A stretch of DNA of 64,000 bases, taken from contig JASFQK010000018.1 of assembly GCA_050115495.1 (NCBI GenBank), forward strand, positions 66,429 through 130,428, written 5' to 3'. Positions 29,906-39,867 of this stretch are shown piece after piece. The translations under genes and the position numbers were made by a program. Within the stretch, counting starts at the first letter, position 1, and the number at the start of each line of letters is the position of its first letter. The DNA is from Phycisphaerae bacterium (GTDB lineage Bacteria; Planctomycetota; Phycisphaerae; UBA1845; Fen-1342). Below the pieces are notes generated by a model. That model saw only the letters and a list, made by a program, of their open reading frames with translations. It was not told where the DNA came from and searched no databases.

Positions 29906-29974
29906 GTCAGCCTTGAGCCTTGAGCCGTGAGCCGGAGTGTGGCATGCTGAAGCCTTAGGCGCCGGCATGTCTTC
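29906..29974 (+). repeat. (CCTTGAG)n heptamers + REP family A half-element (GTGTGGCATGCTGAAGCC...GGCGCCGGCATGTCTTC)
   Basis: Family A also occurs at 38048-38085, 39822-39859 and as a full hairpin at 63681-63767. Confidence 0.75.
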
Positions 29975-30079
29975 CTACTCGGCCAGGGCGTGCCGGTGCC
30001 CGAGAGCCGTTTCGGCCAGCGCGCGAACCCCTGGACCGCAACGCCTCGTTGCCTGATTCCCTCGTTGCCTTGCCCCCGA

Positions 30080-30676
30080 TCAGACGTTCCCGTCCGGATC
30101 TTCCGCCGCCAGCCGCTCGCGCAGGCAGCGCAGCACGCGGCTCTTGGCCTGGTAGACGCACCACTTGGTGACGCCGAGCAGGTCAGCCGTTTCGACCGCG
30201 GACCGTCCGCCGAGCACGTGCATTTCAAAGGCCTTCAATGTCGCCGGCTCGAAGGTGTCGGCGATCGCTCGCAGGGCCCAGCGCAGGCGGTGCAGTTGCC
30301 ACTCCTGCTCCCACTGCTCGTCCGCTCGTTCGGCCCGCTGGCTCGTGATCACGTCGAAGGCCTGCGGATCGAGGCCGGTCGGCTGGCGGGCCTGCTTGCT
30401 CGCGCCACGGGCCAGGGCGTGCGACACGGCCGAATGCAGGTACGTCCGAAAACGTCCGCGACTGCCGTCGTATTCGAGCCCGTCCATCGCCTTGAAGAGG
30501 TACATCTCCACTTCTTGCACGATGTCCTCGGCGTCGTCGTGGCTCGCGCCGCGGGCCCGGGCGTAACGATACAGCAACTGCCCGTAGCGATCGTGAAATT
30601 CGTGCCAGCTCAATTTGTCAGCACGGTCGCGCAGGCGCAGGAGGAAACTCAGACGTGTCGTGTCGGCATGGCTCAT
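30080..30676 (-). CDS. ECF RNA polymerase sigma factor (planctomycete kinase-associated type)
   Basis: TTRLSFLLRLR, WHEFHDRY, DAEDIVQEV, GRFRTYL, region 4 ETADLLGVTKWCVYQAKSRV. Confidence 0.9.
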   Translation of the reverse strand: MSHADTTRLSFLLRLRDRADKLSWHEFHDRYGQLLYRYARARGASHDDAEDIVQEVEMYLFKAMDGLEYDGSRGRFRTYLHSAVSHALARGASKQARQPTGLDPQAFDVITSQRAERADEQWEQEWQLHRLRWALRAIADTFEPATLKAFEMHVLGGRSAVETADLLGVTKWCVYQAKSRVLRCLRERLAAEDPDGNV

Positions 30677-30976
30677 CACCACCCATTGTGGCAGAGGTGT
30701 CCCGGGGCAACAAGCGGAACTTCGTGCTGGCGGCGCCGTTTCGCGAAGTCGCGTCAAAGATTGGTGCCGAGCCGTCTGTATAGCAATGGCTAACCGTCTC
30801 GGCGCAGGGTCACTGAGGGGAAAGCACTGCGCGGCATCGGCCCTGAGGCCGGTACGGAGCGGGTCATGGCTCGGTTGTTTGGGGCCATGCCCGTCAGGGT
30901 CCGGGAAGTGCACTGCGTCGCAACGGATGCCATCTCCGGGCCTGGCGGTGGCCCCGTTGGAAGAGAGGGAAAGGCG

Positions 30977-31594
30977 ATGGCACGCCCGCTCATCCTAGTC
31001 TCAACGAGCCTGTTGCTAGGCTTGGCGACCGTTCCCGGCTTCGGTGGTCACCGCCATGCCATTCTTTCGTCCGGGGCCTATAATGTCGAGTTTGTCGAGC
31101 CGTTCTATTGGACGGCCGAGGCACTCCCGTTGGAACGCGGCCTCTCAGCCCTGGCCGCGGATCGGTTACCGCCGGCGGACGAGAACCCTGCGCCGGCGGC
31201 CCCGGCTGATGACGCTTCCTCGGACGATGGCCCGCGCGTGGCCCGTTACACAAACAGCGGCTGCCTGACCGATCAGTCCGGTGAGCCCTGGATGTGCACC
31301 GAAGACGATCTCATCGAGTTCGTCGTCGAGGATGCGACGCTCTACGTCCGGCACAGCTACGCGAATTACAACTGCTGCCTGGACGATATCGCGGTGTATA
31401 TGGACATCGAGGACGGCCGGCTGCTGCTGACCGAGCAGGAGCTGGCGGAAGAGCCTTGTTGGTGTATCTGCTGCTACGAAGTTAACGCGACGATCGTCGG
31501 TTTATCGGCGGGCGCGTACACGGTCGAGTTCTACTGGTACGACTACGACACCAGTACCGTGCGCTGCGTCGTCGGCGAGATCGTCATTCACTGA
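30977..31594 (+). CDS. Secreted Cys-rich protein (NCC...CxCxC motif)
   Basis: Purine-rich RBS, signal peptide, NSGC, YNCCLD, PCWCICCYEV. Confidence 0.7.
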   Translation: MARPLILVSTSLLLGLATVPGFGGHRHAILSSGAYNVEFVEPFYWTAEALPLERGLSALAADRLPPADENPAPAAPADDASSDDGPRVARYTNSGCLTDQSGEPWMCTEDDLIEFVVEDATLYVRHSYANYNCCLDDIAVYMDIEDGRLLLTEQELAEEPCWCICCYEVNATIVGLSAGAYTVEFYWYDYDTSTVRCVVGEIVIH

Positions 31595-31715
31595 GTCTGA
31601 AAAGGAGACACCTCCTCCATGCAGAGTGGCTGTTGTGACCCGGCTTCTCTGCGGGACCGCCGGCCGCCGAGTCCCATTGGTAGCTAGCGACCAGTGCGGC
31701 GGCCGACCGGATATC

Positions 31716-31762
31716 GGCGGTCGACCCCCAATGCACCCGGGGGTCGGCCGCCGTGCTTTTTG
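31716..31762 (+). terminator. Probable intrinsic terminator
   Basis: GGCGGTCGACCCC...GGGGTCGGCCGCC hairpin followed by GTGCTTTTT. Confidence 0.5.
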
Positions 31763-31804
31763 CGCGGCGGGAGTTTGCCGGCGTGCTGCGGCTCTTCTGC
31801 GGTG

Positions 31805-31990
31805 TGGGGGAGAAGAGGGGAGTCAGAAGTCAGAAGGCGCGAGGTCGGGCGTGCCTTGGCGATCGATGAGGGGCGGCACATCGCGTGGGGATCTGAAATC
31901 TAAGATTTGGGATTTCAGATTCGAGATTCGAGACCGGCCCGTCGCCTCCGGCTCAAGGCTCACGGCGCACGGCGCACGGCTCAGGGCTTG
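31805..31990 (-). repeat. Composite heptamer-flanked MITE-like element, copy 2 (reverse orientation)
   Basis: Reverse complement of the 41596-41783 layout, including CCGGAGGCGACGGGCCGGTCTCGAATCTC. Confidence 0.75.
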
Positions 31991-32128
31991 CCGCTGCCGG
32001 CTGATGGCTGGTGGCTTCCCCCCCAAAGACAGCGGCCGGCCCCCCGGTGGAAGGGGCCGGCCTTGCACTAGTGGTTGCGGTGGGAGGTCGTTATCGTTTC
32101 GCGACCGCCGGGTGGCAGGGGGTGCACG

Positions 32129-32488
32129 CTACGGCGCCGCCGGTGCGAAATCGTAGAGCTGCATGATTTCGTCGAGCGTCAGGTCGTCACCCTCCGTCAC
32201 ACGCGTCCAGTCGCCGACATCGTCCAGCTCATAGACTGCCGGTCCGGTGTACCAGTCCGGCGGGTCGATCTCGTGGGTGGTCCAGGAACCGGGATCCTCG
32301 CGGTATTCGGGCAGCCGGTAGATCGCCAACTCGCCGTCGGTGTGCTCGGCCCAGTACAGGCCGGGGATCGCGGGGAGCGGCTCGAACGTCTCCGGGCTGA
32401 TCGCCATGGGATCCAGGGGGCAACCGCCAAGCGCGAGGGTCAGACATCCGAGCAGGCCAACCATCACTGAAAGCAACGGACGCTTCAT
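32129..32488 (-). CDS. Small acidic lipoprotein
   Basis: GGAGG RBS; MKRPLLSVMVGLLGCLTLALGGC lipobox. Confidence 0.7.
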   Translation of the reverse strand: MKRPLLSVMVGLLGCLTLALGGCPLDPMAISPETFEPLPAIPGLYWAEHTDGELAIYRLPEYREDPGSWTTHEIDPPDWYTGPAVYELDDVGDWTRVTEGDDLTLDEIMQLYDFAPAAP

Positions 32489-33114
32489 TCTGCCCTCCTG
32501 AAGGCTTGTACGGCGATTGGCCCTGGTGGCGACGAATTCTATGCCCGGCCGGCGAGCCCAGGCCAACGACAAACCGCGAGATTACTGCGGCAATCTGCGA
32601 CAATCCGCCGCTGCCGAAAAGATGCCCGGTCAGCAGGGCCGCGCGGCGGCCGTTATCGGCTATGCGACCGCTCCTGCCGGAATTCGACCGGCCGATCGGT
32701 GGGCCGCCCGGCCGGCTGTCCCCCGGCCGGCGATCTTCGGACTTTCCACAACGCCCGATAGGCCGCGCCGGTGTCGCCAGGGGCCTTGGAAGCGCGGGTA
32801 GAGCATAATCCCTATTGCCGCTTCTGCTGATGTGAGTTACCGAACTTAGTAAGCCCCGCCGGTGGCTGCGGGGGGGACCGACGGAGCTGCGAGGTCGACT
32901 TCGTTGGCGCACCCCCCAACGTGGCAGCGCGGCGAATCACCTCGTGGCGAGTACGGCGCGGATCGCACCGCGCCCCCGGGTTACGGCGGAGATCGTTGCG
33001 GTGAGGGAGGCGTAGCCGCGACCCGGACCCGTGCCCGAGCAGGTCCCGCCGCCAGCGAGACGACGGGACCTGTTCCTATTATCGGCACGGGCAGGGCCCC
33101 GCGGTGTCCGCGGG

Positions 33115-34470
33115 CTAGACGAGCTTCGTCTCGCCGGGCATGGCCGGGGGCTCGATCGGCAGATCGCCGAACTCGCACTTCGCCGGCATCAGGTTCAGCT
33201 TCGAGCTGTTCATCACCCAGTCCCACGAGATCTCGCGACCGGTGTAGGCCGACATGCGGCCCATGATCGCCGTCAGCGTGCTCTCCGCGACGCGGCGGGC
33301 CTCGTTCAGCGGCTCGCCGTTGCGGATGCTGGCGATGAGGTCGGCGTGCTCCTGGACGTAGGGGTTGACCTCGTTCTCGGGCGCCTCGTAGCGGTAGGGG
33401 TTCTTGCCTTCGATCAGGCCGTTCGGGTCGGACGTGCCCAGCGTGCCCACCAGCCGCTCGGAAACACGCGTCGAGCAGCCCTTGATCTGCCGGCACATGC
33501 TCAGCACGCGAGCCCCGTTGGCATACTCATACTCGATCGCGAAGTGGTCAAAGATGTTGCCGTACTGCGGCTCGACGCGCCACTGCCGGCCGCCCATACC
33601 CACCGCCTTCACCGGCGGGCCACCCATCGCCCAGTTGACCACGTCGATGTTGTGCACGTGCTGCTCGACGATGTGGTCGCCCGAGAGCCAGGTGAAATAG
33701 AGCCAGTTGCGGCACTGCCACTCCATGTCGGACCAGCCCGGCTCGCGCTCCTTGACCCACAGATCGCCCTGGTTCCAGTAGCACTGCGCGGCGACGACTT
33801 CGCCGATGGCCCCGTCGAGGATCCGCCGCATCGTCTCCAGGTACGCGGCCTCGTGACGGCGCTGCGTGCCGGCGACGATGGCCAGCCCTTTCTGCTTCGC
33901 CACTTCCGCCGACGCGATCACCGAGCGGATACCGACCGGATCGACGCCGACCGGCTTCTCCATGAACACGTGCTTGCCGGCGGCGACGGCGGCCGCCAGG
34001 TGCAGCGGGCGAAAGCCCGGCGGCGTGGCCAGGATGACCATGTCGACTTCCGGGCACTCCAGCACCTTCATGTAGTTGTCAAAGCCCGTGAAGCAGCGGC
34101 CGTCGGTGACCTTGCAGGCGTCGCCGAGATCCTTGGTCAGCCGCTCACGCGAGCTGTTGATGCGGTCCTGGAAGAGATCGCCCATGGCGACGACTTCGAT
34201 GTTGGGGGCGGACTGGACGCAGTTGATGGTGGCGCCGGTGCCGCGACCGCCGGAACCGATCAGGCCGACACGCAGCTTCGGCAGCGCCTTGATCGGCGGG
34301 GCGGGTACGGGCTGCGGCGTGGTGCCGGGGGCGGCGCCGCCCGGGCGGGCCGCCGCACAACCGCCGGCGACGGAGGCCGCGGCGGCGATCATGGACGAGC
34401 GGAGGAAATCACGGCGGGACAGCGGACTGCGCTTCTGGCTGTCCGTGGGGCGCTTGGTCTTGCGGGGCAT
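33115..34470 (-). CDS. Tat-exported Gfo/Idh/MocA-family oxidoreductase
   Basis: SRRDFL, VGLIGSGGRGTG, HVFMEKP, SGDHIVEQHVHNID. Confidence 0.92.
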   Translation of the reverse strand: MPRKTKRPTDSQKRSPLSRRDFLRSSMIAAAASVAGGCAAARPGGAAPGTTPQPVPAPPIKALPKLRVGLIGSGGRGTGATINCVQSAPNIEVVAMGDLFQDRINSSRERLTKDLGDACKVTDGRCFTGFDNYMKVLECPEVDMVILATPPGFRPLHLAAAVAAGKHVFMEKPVGVDPVGIRSVIASAEVAKQKGLAIVAGTQRRHEAAYLETMRRILDGAIGEVVAAQCYWNQGDLWVKEREPGWSDMEWQCRNWLYFTWLSGDHIVEQHVHNIDVVNWAMGGPPVKAVGMGGRQWRVEPQYGNIFDHFAIEYEYANGARVLSMCRQIKGCSTRVSERLVGTLGTSDPNGLIEGKNPYRYEAPENEVNPYVQEHADLIASIRNGEPLNEARRVAESTLTAIMGRMSAYTGREISWDWVMNSSKLNLMPAKCEFGDLPIEPPAMPGETKLV

Positions 34471-34509
34471 GAGAGACTCCCTTTGCCGGCGAGGCGGACC
34501 GGCCTGAAA

Positions 34510-35430
34510 CTAGAACTGGTCACAGGCGATATAGGCATCGATGAGGGCGCGCTCGCCTTCCTTGCCGCGGCGGGCGATGCCGTGCTCCATGCCGACGATC
34601 CCTTCGAAACCCTTCTGGTGAATGTGCTTGAATACGTTGCGGTAGTTGATCTCGCCGGTGGTCGGCTCCCGGCGGCCGGGATTGTCGCCGACCTGGAAGT
34701 AGCCGATCTCGCTCCAGGCGTAGTTGATGTTCGGGATGAGGTTGCCCTCGGTGATCTGTTGGTGATAGAGGTCGTCGAGGATCTTGCACGAGGGACTGTT
34801 GACGGCGCGACAGATCTCGTAGGCCTGGGCCATCTTCTTCAGGAAGAGGTTGTGGTGATCGCGCGGGTTCAGCGGCTCGAGCACCATGACCAGCCCCGCC
34901 GGCTCGCAGACCTCGGCGCAGGCGCGGAGGTTGTCGATCACGTTGGACATCTGGTAGCCGTAGTCCATGTGCAGATCGATCACGCCGGGCACCACCGTGC
35001 ACCAGCGGGCGTGCACGCGCTGAGCGACTTCGACGGCGGCGTGCATCTGCTTGACGAGCGCGGCCCGGAACTCAGGGTCGTTGTGCACCATGTGCGGCTC
35101 GCCCCAGTCGACATAAGCCACGAAAACACCCATGGCCATGCCGAGCCGCGACATCTCGCGGCAGATCCTCTCCTGGAGCTCCACCGGCCGGCCCATCATG
35201 TCGTTGTCCTCGAGGGCGGTGAAACCTTCGTCGGCCATGAACTTGAGCTGGTCGATCGGATCCTCACCGGCATGATTCTTGAACATGCCAAAATGCGGGG
35301 CGTACTTGAGCTTGAACTTGGACGTGCCGGTGGTGGCGGGTGCGGCCTGGTTGGCGCGCGCCTTGGTGCCCAACCCGCCCAGGGCCGCAGCCCCGGCCAG
35401 GCCGGTTGCAAGAAACGTTCTTCGATTCAT
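34510..35430 (-). CDS. Tat-exported hydroxypyruvate isomerase-like TIM-barrel protein
   Basis: MNRRTFL start (GGAGG RBS), LEPLN, DLYHQQITEGNLI, GDNPGRREPTTGEINY, MEH. Confidence 0.88.
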   Translation of the reverse strand: MNRRTFLATGLAGAAALGGLGTKARANQAAPATTGTSKFKLKYAPHFGMFKNHAGEDPIDQLKFMADEGFTALEDNDMMGRPVELQERICREMSRLGMAMGVFVAYVDWGEPHMVHNDPEFRAALVKQMHAAVEVAQRVHARWCTVVPGVIDLHMDYGYQMSNVIDNLRACAEVCEPAGLVMVLEPLNPRDHHNLFLKKMAQAYEICRAVNSPSCKILDDLYHQQITEGNLIPNINYAWSEIGYFQVGDNPGRREPTTGEINYRNVFKHIHQKGFEGIVGMEHGIARRGKEGERALIDAYIACDQF

Positions 35431-35586
35431 CGGGTTTGACCTCCTGCTCTGGTGGGCTGACACTACGCGCAGTCCACCCGCACGTCGAAAGATACGACTG
35501 CGGGCGACCGGGGTCAATCGGCGGCCTCGCCGGCGGCGGCCGCCCGGCAGCAGCGGGCCACGACGCCCGCGAATGGTGGGTAAGCG

Positions 35587-36447
35587 ATGCAGAGCGAAAC
35601 GGAATCGACCGGGACGACGCCGACGGAGCATCCGCCCATTCCCGCCGACGTCCGTTGCCCCGACTGCGGCTACGACTTGCGCGGCCTGACCAGCATGAAT
35701 TGCCCGGAATGCGGCCTCTCGCTCGAAGTGGTGCGCTCCCGCGAGTCGCAGATTCCCTGGGTTCACCGCCGCCATCGGGGCCTGCTGCGAGCCTACTGCC
35801 AGACGGTAGGGCTGGTGGAGCGGCGGCCGCGGCGCTTCTGCTTCGAAATGGTCCGCCCGGTTAGCTTCCCCGATTCACAGTCCTTCCGCTGGATGACGTT
35901 TCTGCTCGCGTACGTGCCGCTGCTCCTGATCGGCGCCGTGGGGTGCATCGCGAAGTGCCGCGAAGGGGCGGACGTCGGACCGGCGATGTGGCTGTTTGCG
36001 GGATCGCAGGTCGTGACGGCGGCCTGGCTGGCGGGCCTGCCCGGCCTGTGCAGCTATGCGTTTCATCCCCGCCGGCTGTCGATCGAGCAACAGAACCGGG
36101 CGATCGCCCTGAGCTACTACGCCTGGGCGCCGCTGGCCCTTATGCCGCTGACGCTGCCGTTCTTCCTGCTGGCGGCGCTGACCGAGCCGCAGGCGAGCAC
36201 CAATGGGCTCGCTTTCGGTCTCATGGTGGCGGGCGTGTGTGGCGTCGTCGGTGTGCTGCTGCTCATTGTCGTGGCGTGCGAGGTCAACCTGGACATCTTC
36301 ACGGCACGACTGCTGCACACGACCGGCGGGCAACGGCTACGGCAGTTCTTCTGGCGGAACTTCCTGGCCGGGCTGTTCCTCGTGGGCCTGCTGGGTCTCT
36401 GTCTGGGGTTCGTCCACGGCCTCGTCATCTGGTACAGCCTGCATTGA
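35587..36447 (+). CDS. Membrane protein with N-terminal zinc-ribbon
   Basis: CPDCGYDLRGL...CPECG followed by about five TM helices. Confidence 0.78.
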   Translation: MQSETESTGTTPTEHPPIPADVRCPDCGYDLRGLTSMNCPECGLSLEVVRSRESQIPWVHRRHRGLLRAYCQTVGLVERRPRRFCFEMVRPVSFPDSQSFRWMTFLLAYVPLLLIGAVGCIAKCREGADVGPAMWLFAGSQVVTAAWLAGLPGLCSYAFHPRRLSIEQQNRAIALSYYAWAPLALMPLTLPFFLLAALTEPQASTNGLAFGLMVAGVCGVVGVLLLIVVACEVNLDIFTARLLHTTGGQRLRQFFWRNFLAGLFLVGLLGLCLGFVHGLVIWYSLH

Positions 36448-37971
36448 CGCGGGTTGGGACGTGCTGGGCGCGGACGTCGACCGGGGCCGTGGCAGCGGGC
36501 GGTCGCCGTTCAGGAAGAAGGGCATGTCCAATTCACGCCAGCCGGCCGCCGGGTCGGACTCCAGCATGTGCAGCCCGCCGTCGTCCTCGCCGTCCGGGCC
36601 AACACTGTACAACACCGGCGGCGTGGCATCGGGTAGATAGCCCAGGGAACGGTCGTCCGCAGCGAACGGGTCGGTGGGCACCGCCGGTAGGTAGTCCGGC
36701 ACGAGTTCCGCCAGCGTCGCCGGCCGGTGCCCGTGGTCCAGTTCGTACAGCTGCAACGCCAGGGCCGTCGCGGCCATGCGCCGCTTGGCCATTATGCGGA
36801 ACACGTGTCTCGGGGCTTCGTCCACGGAGGGGGCCATGATCTGGCTCATGACGAACACGACGTTCCTCCAGCGGGACCGCGGCCCCCTGTCCGGCGGGTG
36901 CCTCAGCAATGCCCGGCCAGCCGGCCAGTTCGGCGCCGAGCCCGCCTCGGCCAAAGCCGTGCAACCGTCCATCACACACACGGTATCCAGCTTCCATGCC
37001 GGGCCAAGCAACAACCCGACCATCAGGCTCTTCCTGCCCATCAGCAGAGACGGCCCGCCTCCACCTGCCCATCCGGGCAGCGTGCCGTTGATGAGGCACT
37101 GGCCGGTATCTAGTTGCATCAGACGCTCACCGTAGATTGCCCACCGCCAGCCGGCACACACCAGCTCATCATCCAGAAGCGTGGCCACCAGCGCCTCGAT
37201 GTCCTCGCGGTCGGCGGGCACGACGCCCGCGGGCACCTCAGCTCCACTACCGCCCACGTGTAGCTCCGGCGCGATCAACTCAACCGTATCCACCGTGCTC
37301 CCTTCCACGCCGAGGCAGACGAGGTAGGAGACGAGACAGGCCCCGCAGTTGCCGAACAGCCGGGCGTGAGCTGCCTTGTTGCGGAGCAGCGCCACCGCGG
37401 CCGCGTCGTCGCCGGCGAGGTGCCGCTCCGCCACCGCGACGCTCGTCAGGTGGGCTAGCAGGCGCTGACCGGACAGGTCCGGCAGGAGGATGTTGATGAT
37501 CGGTGATTTCAGGACGACGCCCCAATCCGCGCGGCGCCGGGCACAACCGTCGCGGAAGTCGGCGAGCGCGGATTCGTTGGCCGCCAGCAAGTCCCGCAGT
37601 TCCTGTGGATGGTCGCGGGCAAGCTGCCGAATCGTTGGCCAGTCGCGCAACTCGATCGATCCCTTACTGGAAACCACCGCCGCCGCCGCCCGCTGGAACC
37701 ACAGCGCCGCGTTCTCATCGTCGGGAACGGGCTCCATGGCGAAGTCTTCGATCAACACCGGCTGGCCGGCGGCCCGGTATTTGGCAATAGCCGCCTGAAG
37801 CCGCGACTCAGCCATTCGGGCGTACCACACCTGCACGCCGATCCCGATGGCCAGCAGGCCGCCGCCGACAATCGCTAACCGCCGCAGCCACCAATGCCGC
37901 GGCGGAATCGGCCGCACGTCCTCCGCGGCTGCCACTTCGTCCGCTGGTGGCGTGGGCATTCCCTCGCTCAT
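36337..37971 (-). CDS. Array paralog 1: single-TM protein with GspG/pseudopilin-like C-terminal motif
   Basis: MSEGMPT start, TM, PVPDDENAA, ALQLYELDHGHRPATLAELVPDYLPAVPTDPF, LYSVGPDGEDDGG. Confidence 0.8.
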   Translation of the reverse strand: MSEGMPTPPADEVAAAEDVRPIPPRHWWLRRLAIVGGGLLAIGIGVQVWYARMAESRLQAAIAKYRAAGQPVLIEDFAMEPVPDDENAALWFQRAAAAVVSSKGSIELRDWPTIRQLARDHPQELRDLLAANESALADFRDGCARRRADWGVVLKSPIINILLPDLSGQRLLAHLTSVAVAERHLAGDDAAAVALLRNKAAHARLFGNCGACLVSYLVCLGVEGSTVDTVELIAPELHVGGSGAEVPAGVVPADREDIEALVATLLDDELVCAGWRWAIYGERLMQLDTGQCLINGTLPGWAGGGGPSLLMGRKSLMVGLLLGPAWKLDTVCVMDGCTALAEAGSAPNWPAGRALLRHPPDRGPRSRWRNVVFVMSQIMAPSVDEAPRHVFRIMAKRRMAATALALQLYELDHGHRPATLAELVPDYLPAVPTDPFAADDRSLGYLPDATPPVLYSVGPDGEDDGGLHMLESDPAAGWRELDMPFFLNGDRPLPRPRSTSAPSTSQPASMQAVPDDEAVDEPQTETQQAHEEQPGQEVPPEELP

Positions 37972-38093
37972 GCCCGTTAGTGTCCCTCGCTCAGCCGAGA
38001 AGCGAAACCCCCTCGCGCAAGCCATCAGCCGTCAGCCTTGAGCCGCAGTGTGGCACGCTGAAGCCTCTGGCGCCGGCATGTCTTCATCTCGCG

Positions 38094-39698
38094 TTAGGGT
38101 TCGGGCTGCGCTTCATCGGTCTCGTCGGCCTCGGCGTCGGGTTCGCCCACGGCCTCGTCATCTGGTACAGCCTGCGTTGATGTGGGCTGGGTCGCGCCGG
38201 ACGCGGACATCGAGCGGGGGCGCGGCAGGGGACGGTCACCGTTCAGGAAGAAGGGTATGTCCAGTTCGTGCCAGTCGATTTCACCATCGGGCCGCAGCGC
38301 GACCCGCCCTTCGTCGTCCTCGCCGTTCAGGCTGACGCTGTACAGCACTGGGGACGTCGCATCGGGCAGATAGCTCAGGGGACGGTTGTCAGCGGCAAAT
38401 GGATCGCGCGGCACGGCCGGAAGGTAGTCGGGCACGAGTTCATCCAGGCTCGCCGGCCGGTGCCCGTGGTCCAGTTCGTACAGCCGCAACGCCAGCGCGG
38501 TGGCGGCCATACGCCGCTTCGCCAGAATGCTGAACTGAAGCTCTGTCGCATCCTCCATGGAGGGCGCTAGGACCTGAGTGATGAGAGACAGGAACACCGT
38601 CCAGCCGGAGGTGGCGTTCGGCGGGGGCGGCAGCAGCGCCCGGCCGGCCGGCCAGTTCGGGGCCGAACCCGCCTCGGCCGTTGCCGTGCAATTGGCCATT
38701 GCCTCCACGGCATCCAGCTTCCACGCCGGGCCGATCAGCACCGCAGGGATCCGGCTCCAGCGACCCGTCGGCGGGGACGGCGCGGCGTCACCCGCCAATC
38801 TGGGTATGTTGCCATTGATGAGGCACTGGGCGGTGTCCACCTGCATCAGGCGCTCGCCGTAGATGGCCCGCCGCCAACTGGCACGCATCGGCTCTTCATC
38901 CAGCAACGTGGCCGCCAGCGCCTCGACGTCCTCACGGGCGGCGGGCGCGACGCCGGCGCGTTCCTCGGCTCCGTCGCCGCCCACGCGCAGCTCCGGCGTG
39001 ATCCACTCGATTGTCCGCACCGCACTGCCTTCCAGGGCGATGCGGACGAGGTGGGCGATGAGACCGGGGCTGTGGTCGGCCACGTGCCGGGCGTGTGCCA
39101 CCTTATCACGGACCAGCGCCACCGCGGCCGCGTCGTCGCCGGCGAGATGCCGCTCCGCCGCCGCTAGGCTCGCCAGGCGGCCTAGCTGACGCTGACCGGA
39201 CAGGCTCGGCAGGAGGACATCGATGAGAGGTGACTTCAGGACGACGCCCCAATCGGCGCGGGGCCGGGCGCAACCGTCGCGGAAGTCGGCGAGCACGACT
39301 TCGTTGGCCGCCAGCAGGTCCTGCAGTTCCTGTGGATGGTTGCGGGCAAGCTGCCGAATCGTTGGCCAGTCGCGCAGTTCGACCGGTCCCTTCGTTTCGA
39401 CCACCGCCGCCGCGGCCCGCTGGAACCACAACGCCGCGTTCTCGTCGTCGGGAACGGGTTCCGTGGCGAAGTCTTCGATCAACACCGGCTGGCCGGCGGC
39501 CCGGTATTTGGCAATAGCCGCCTGAAACCGCGACTCAGCTACGTGACCCCACCACACCCGCACGCCGATCCCGATGAGCAGCAGTACGCCGCCGATCACC
39601 GCCGGTCGCCGCAGCCACCGAAACCACCGCGGAATCGGCCGCAACTCCTCCGCGTCAACCACCTCTCCCGCCGGCGATGTAGGCATTCCCTCGCTCAT
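38094..39698 (-). CDS. Array paralog 2
   Basis: Colinear with paralog 1 over its full length. Confidence 0.8.
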   Translation of the reverse strand: MSEGMPTSPAGEVVDAEELRPIPRWFRWLRRPAVIGGVLLLIGIGVRVWWGHVAESRFQAAIAKYRAAGQPVLIEDFATEPVPDDENAALWFQRAAAAVVETKGPVELRDWPTIRQLARNHPQELQDLLAANEVVLADFRDGCARPRADWGVVLKSPLIDVLLPSLSGQRQLGRLASLAAAERHLAGDDAAAVALVRDKVAHARHVADHSPGLIAHLVRIALEGSAVRTIEWITPELRVGGDGAEERAGVAPAAREDVEALAATLLDEEPMRASWRRAIYGERLMQVDTAQCLINGNIPRLAGDAAPSPPTGRWSRIPAVLIGPAWKLDAVEAMANCTATAEAGSAPNWPAGRALLPPPPNATSGWTVFLSLITQVLAPSMEDATELQFSILAKRRMAATALALRLYELDHGHRPASLDELVPDYLPAVPRDPFAADNRPLSYLPDATSPVLYSVSLNGEDDEGRVALRPDGEIDWHELDIPFFLNGDRPLPRPRSMSASGATQPTSTQAVPDDEAVGEPDAEADETDEAQPEP

Positions 39699-39867
39699 AC
39701 CCGTCAGTGTCCCTCATTTGGCGGAGAAGCGAAACCCCCGCCAGTAAGCGTCCGGGCTCCGTACCGGACGTCTTCGGTAAGCCGTCAGCCCGAAGTCGCG
39801 GGCCGTCAGCCTTGAGTCGCAGTGTGGCATGCCGAAGCCTCTGGCGCCGGCATGTCTTCATCTCGCA

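Noticed and set aside
32800..33110. Possible riboswitch or ncRNA in the long intergenic region
   Set aside because: Only generic GC-rich hairpins (one likely a terminator near 33040-33072); no family motif recognised. An Rfam scan would be needed.
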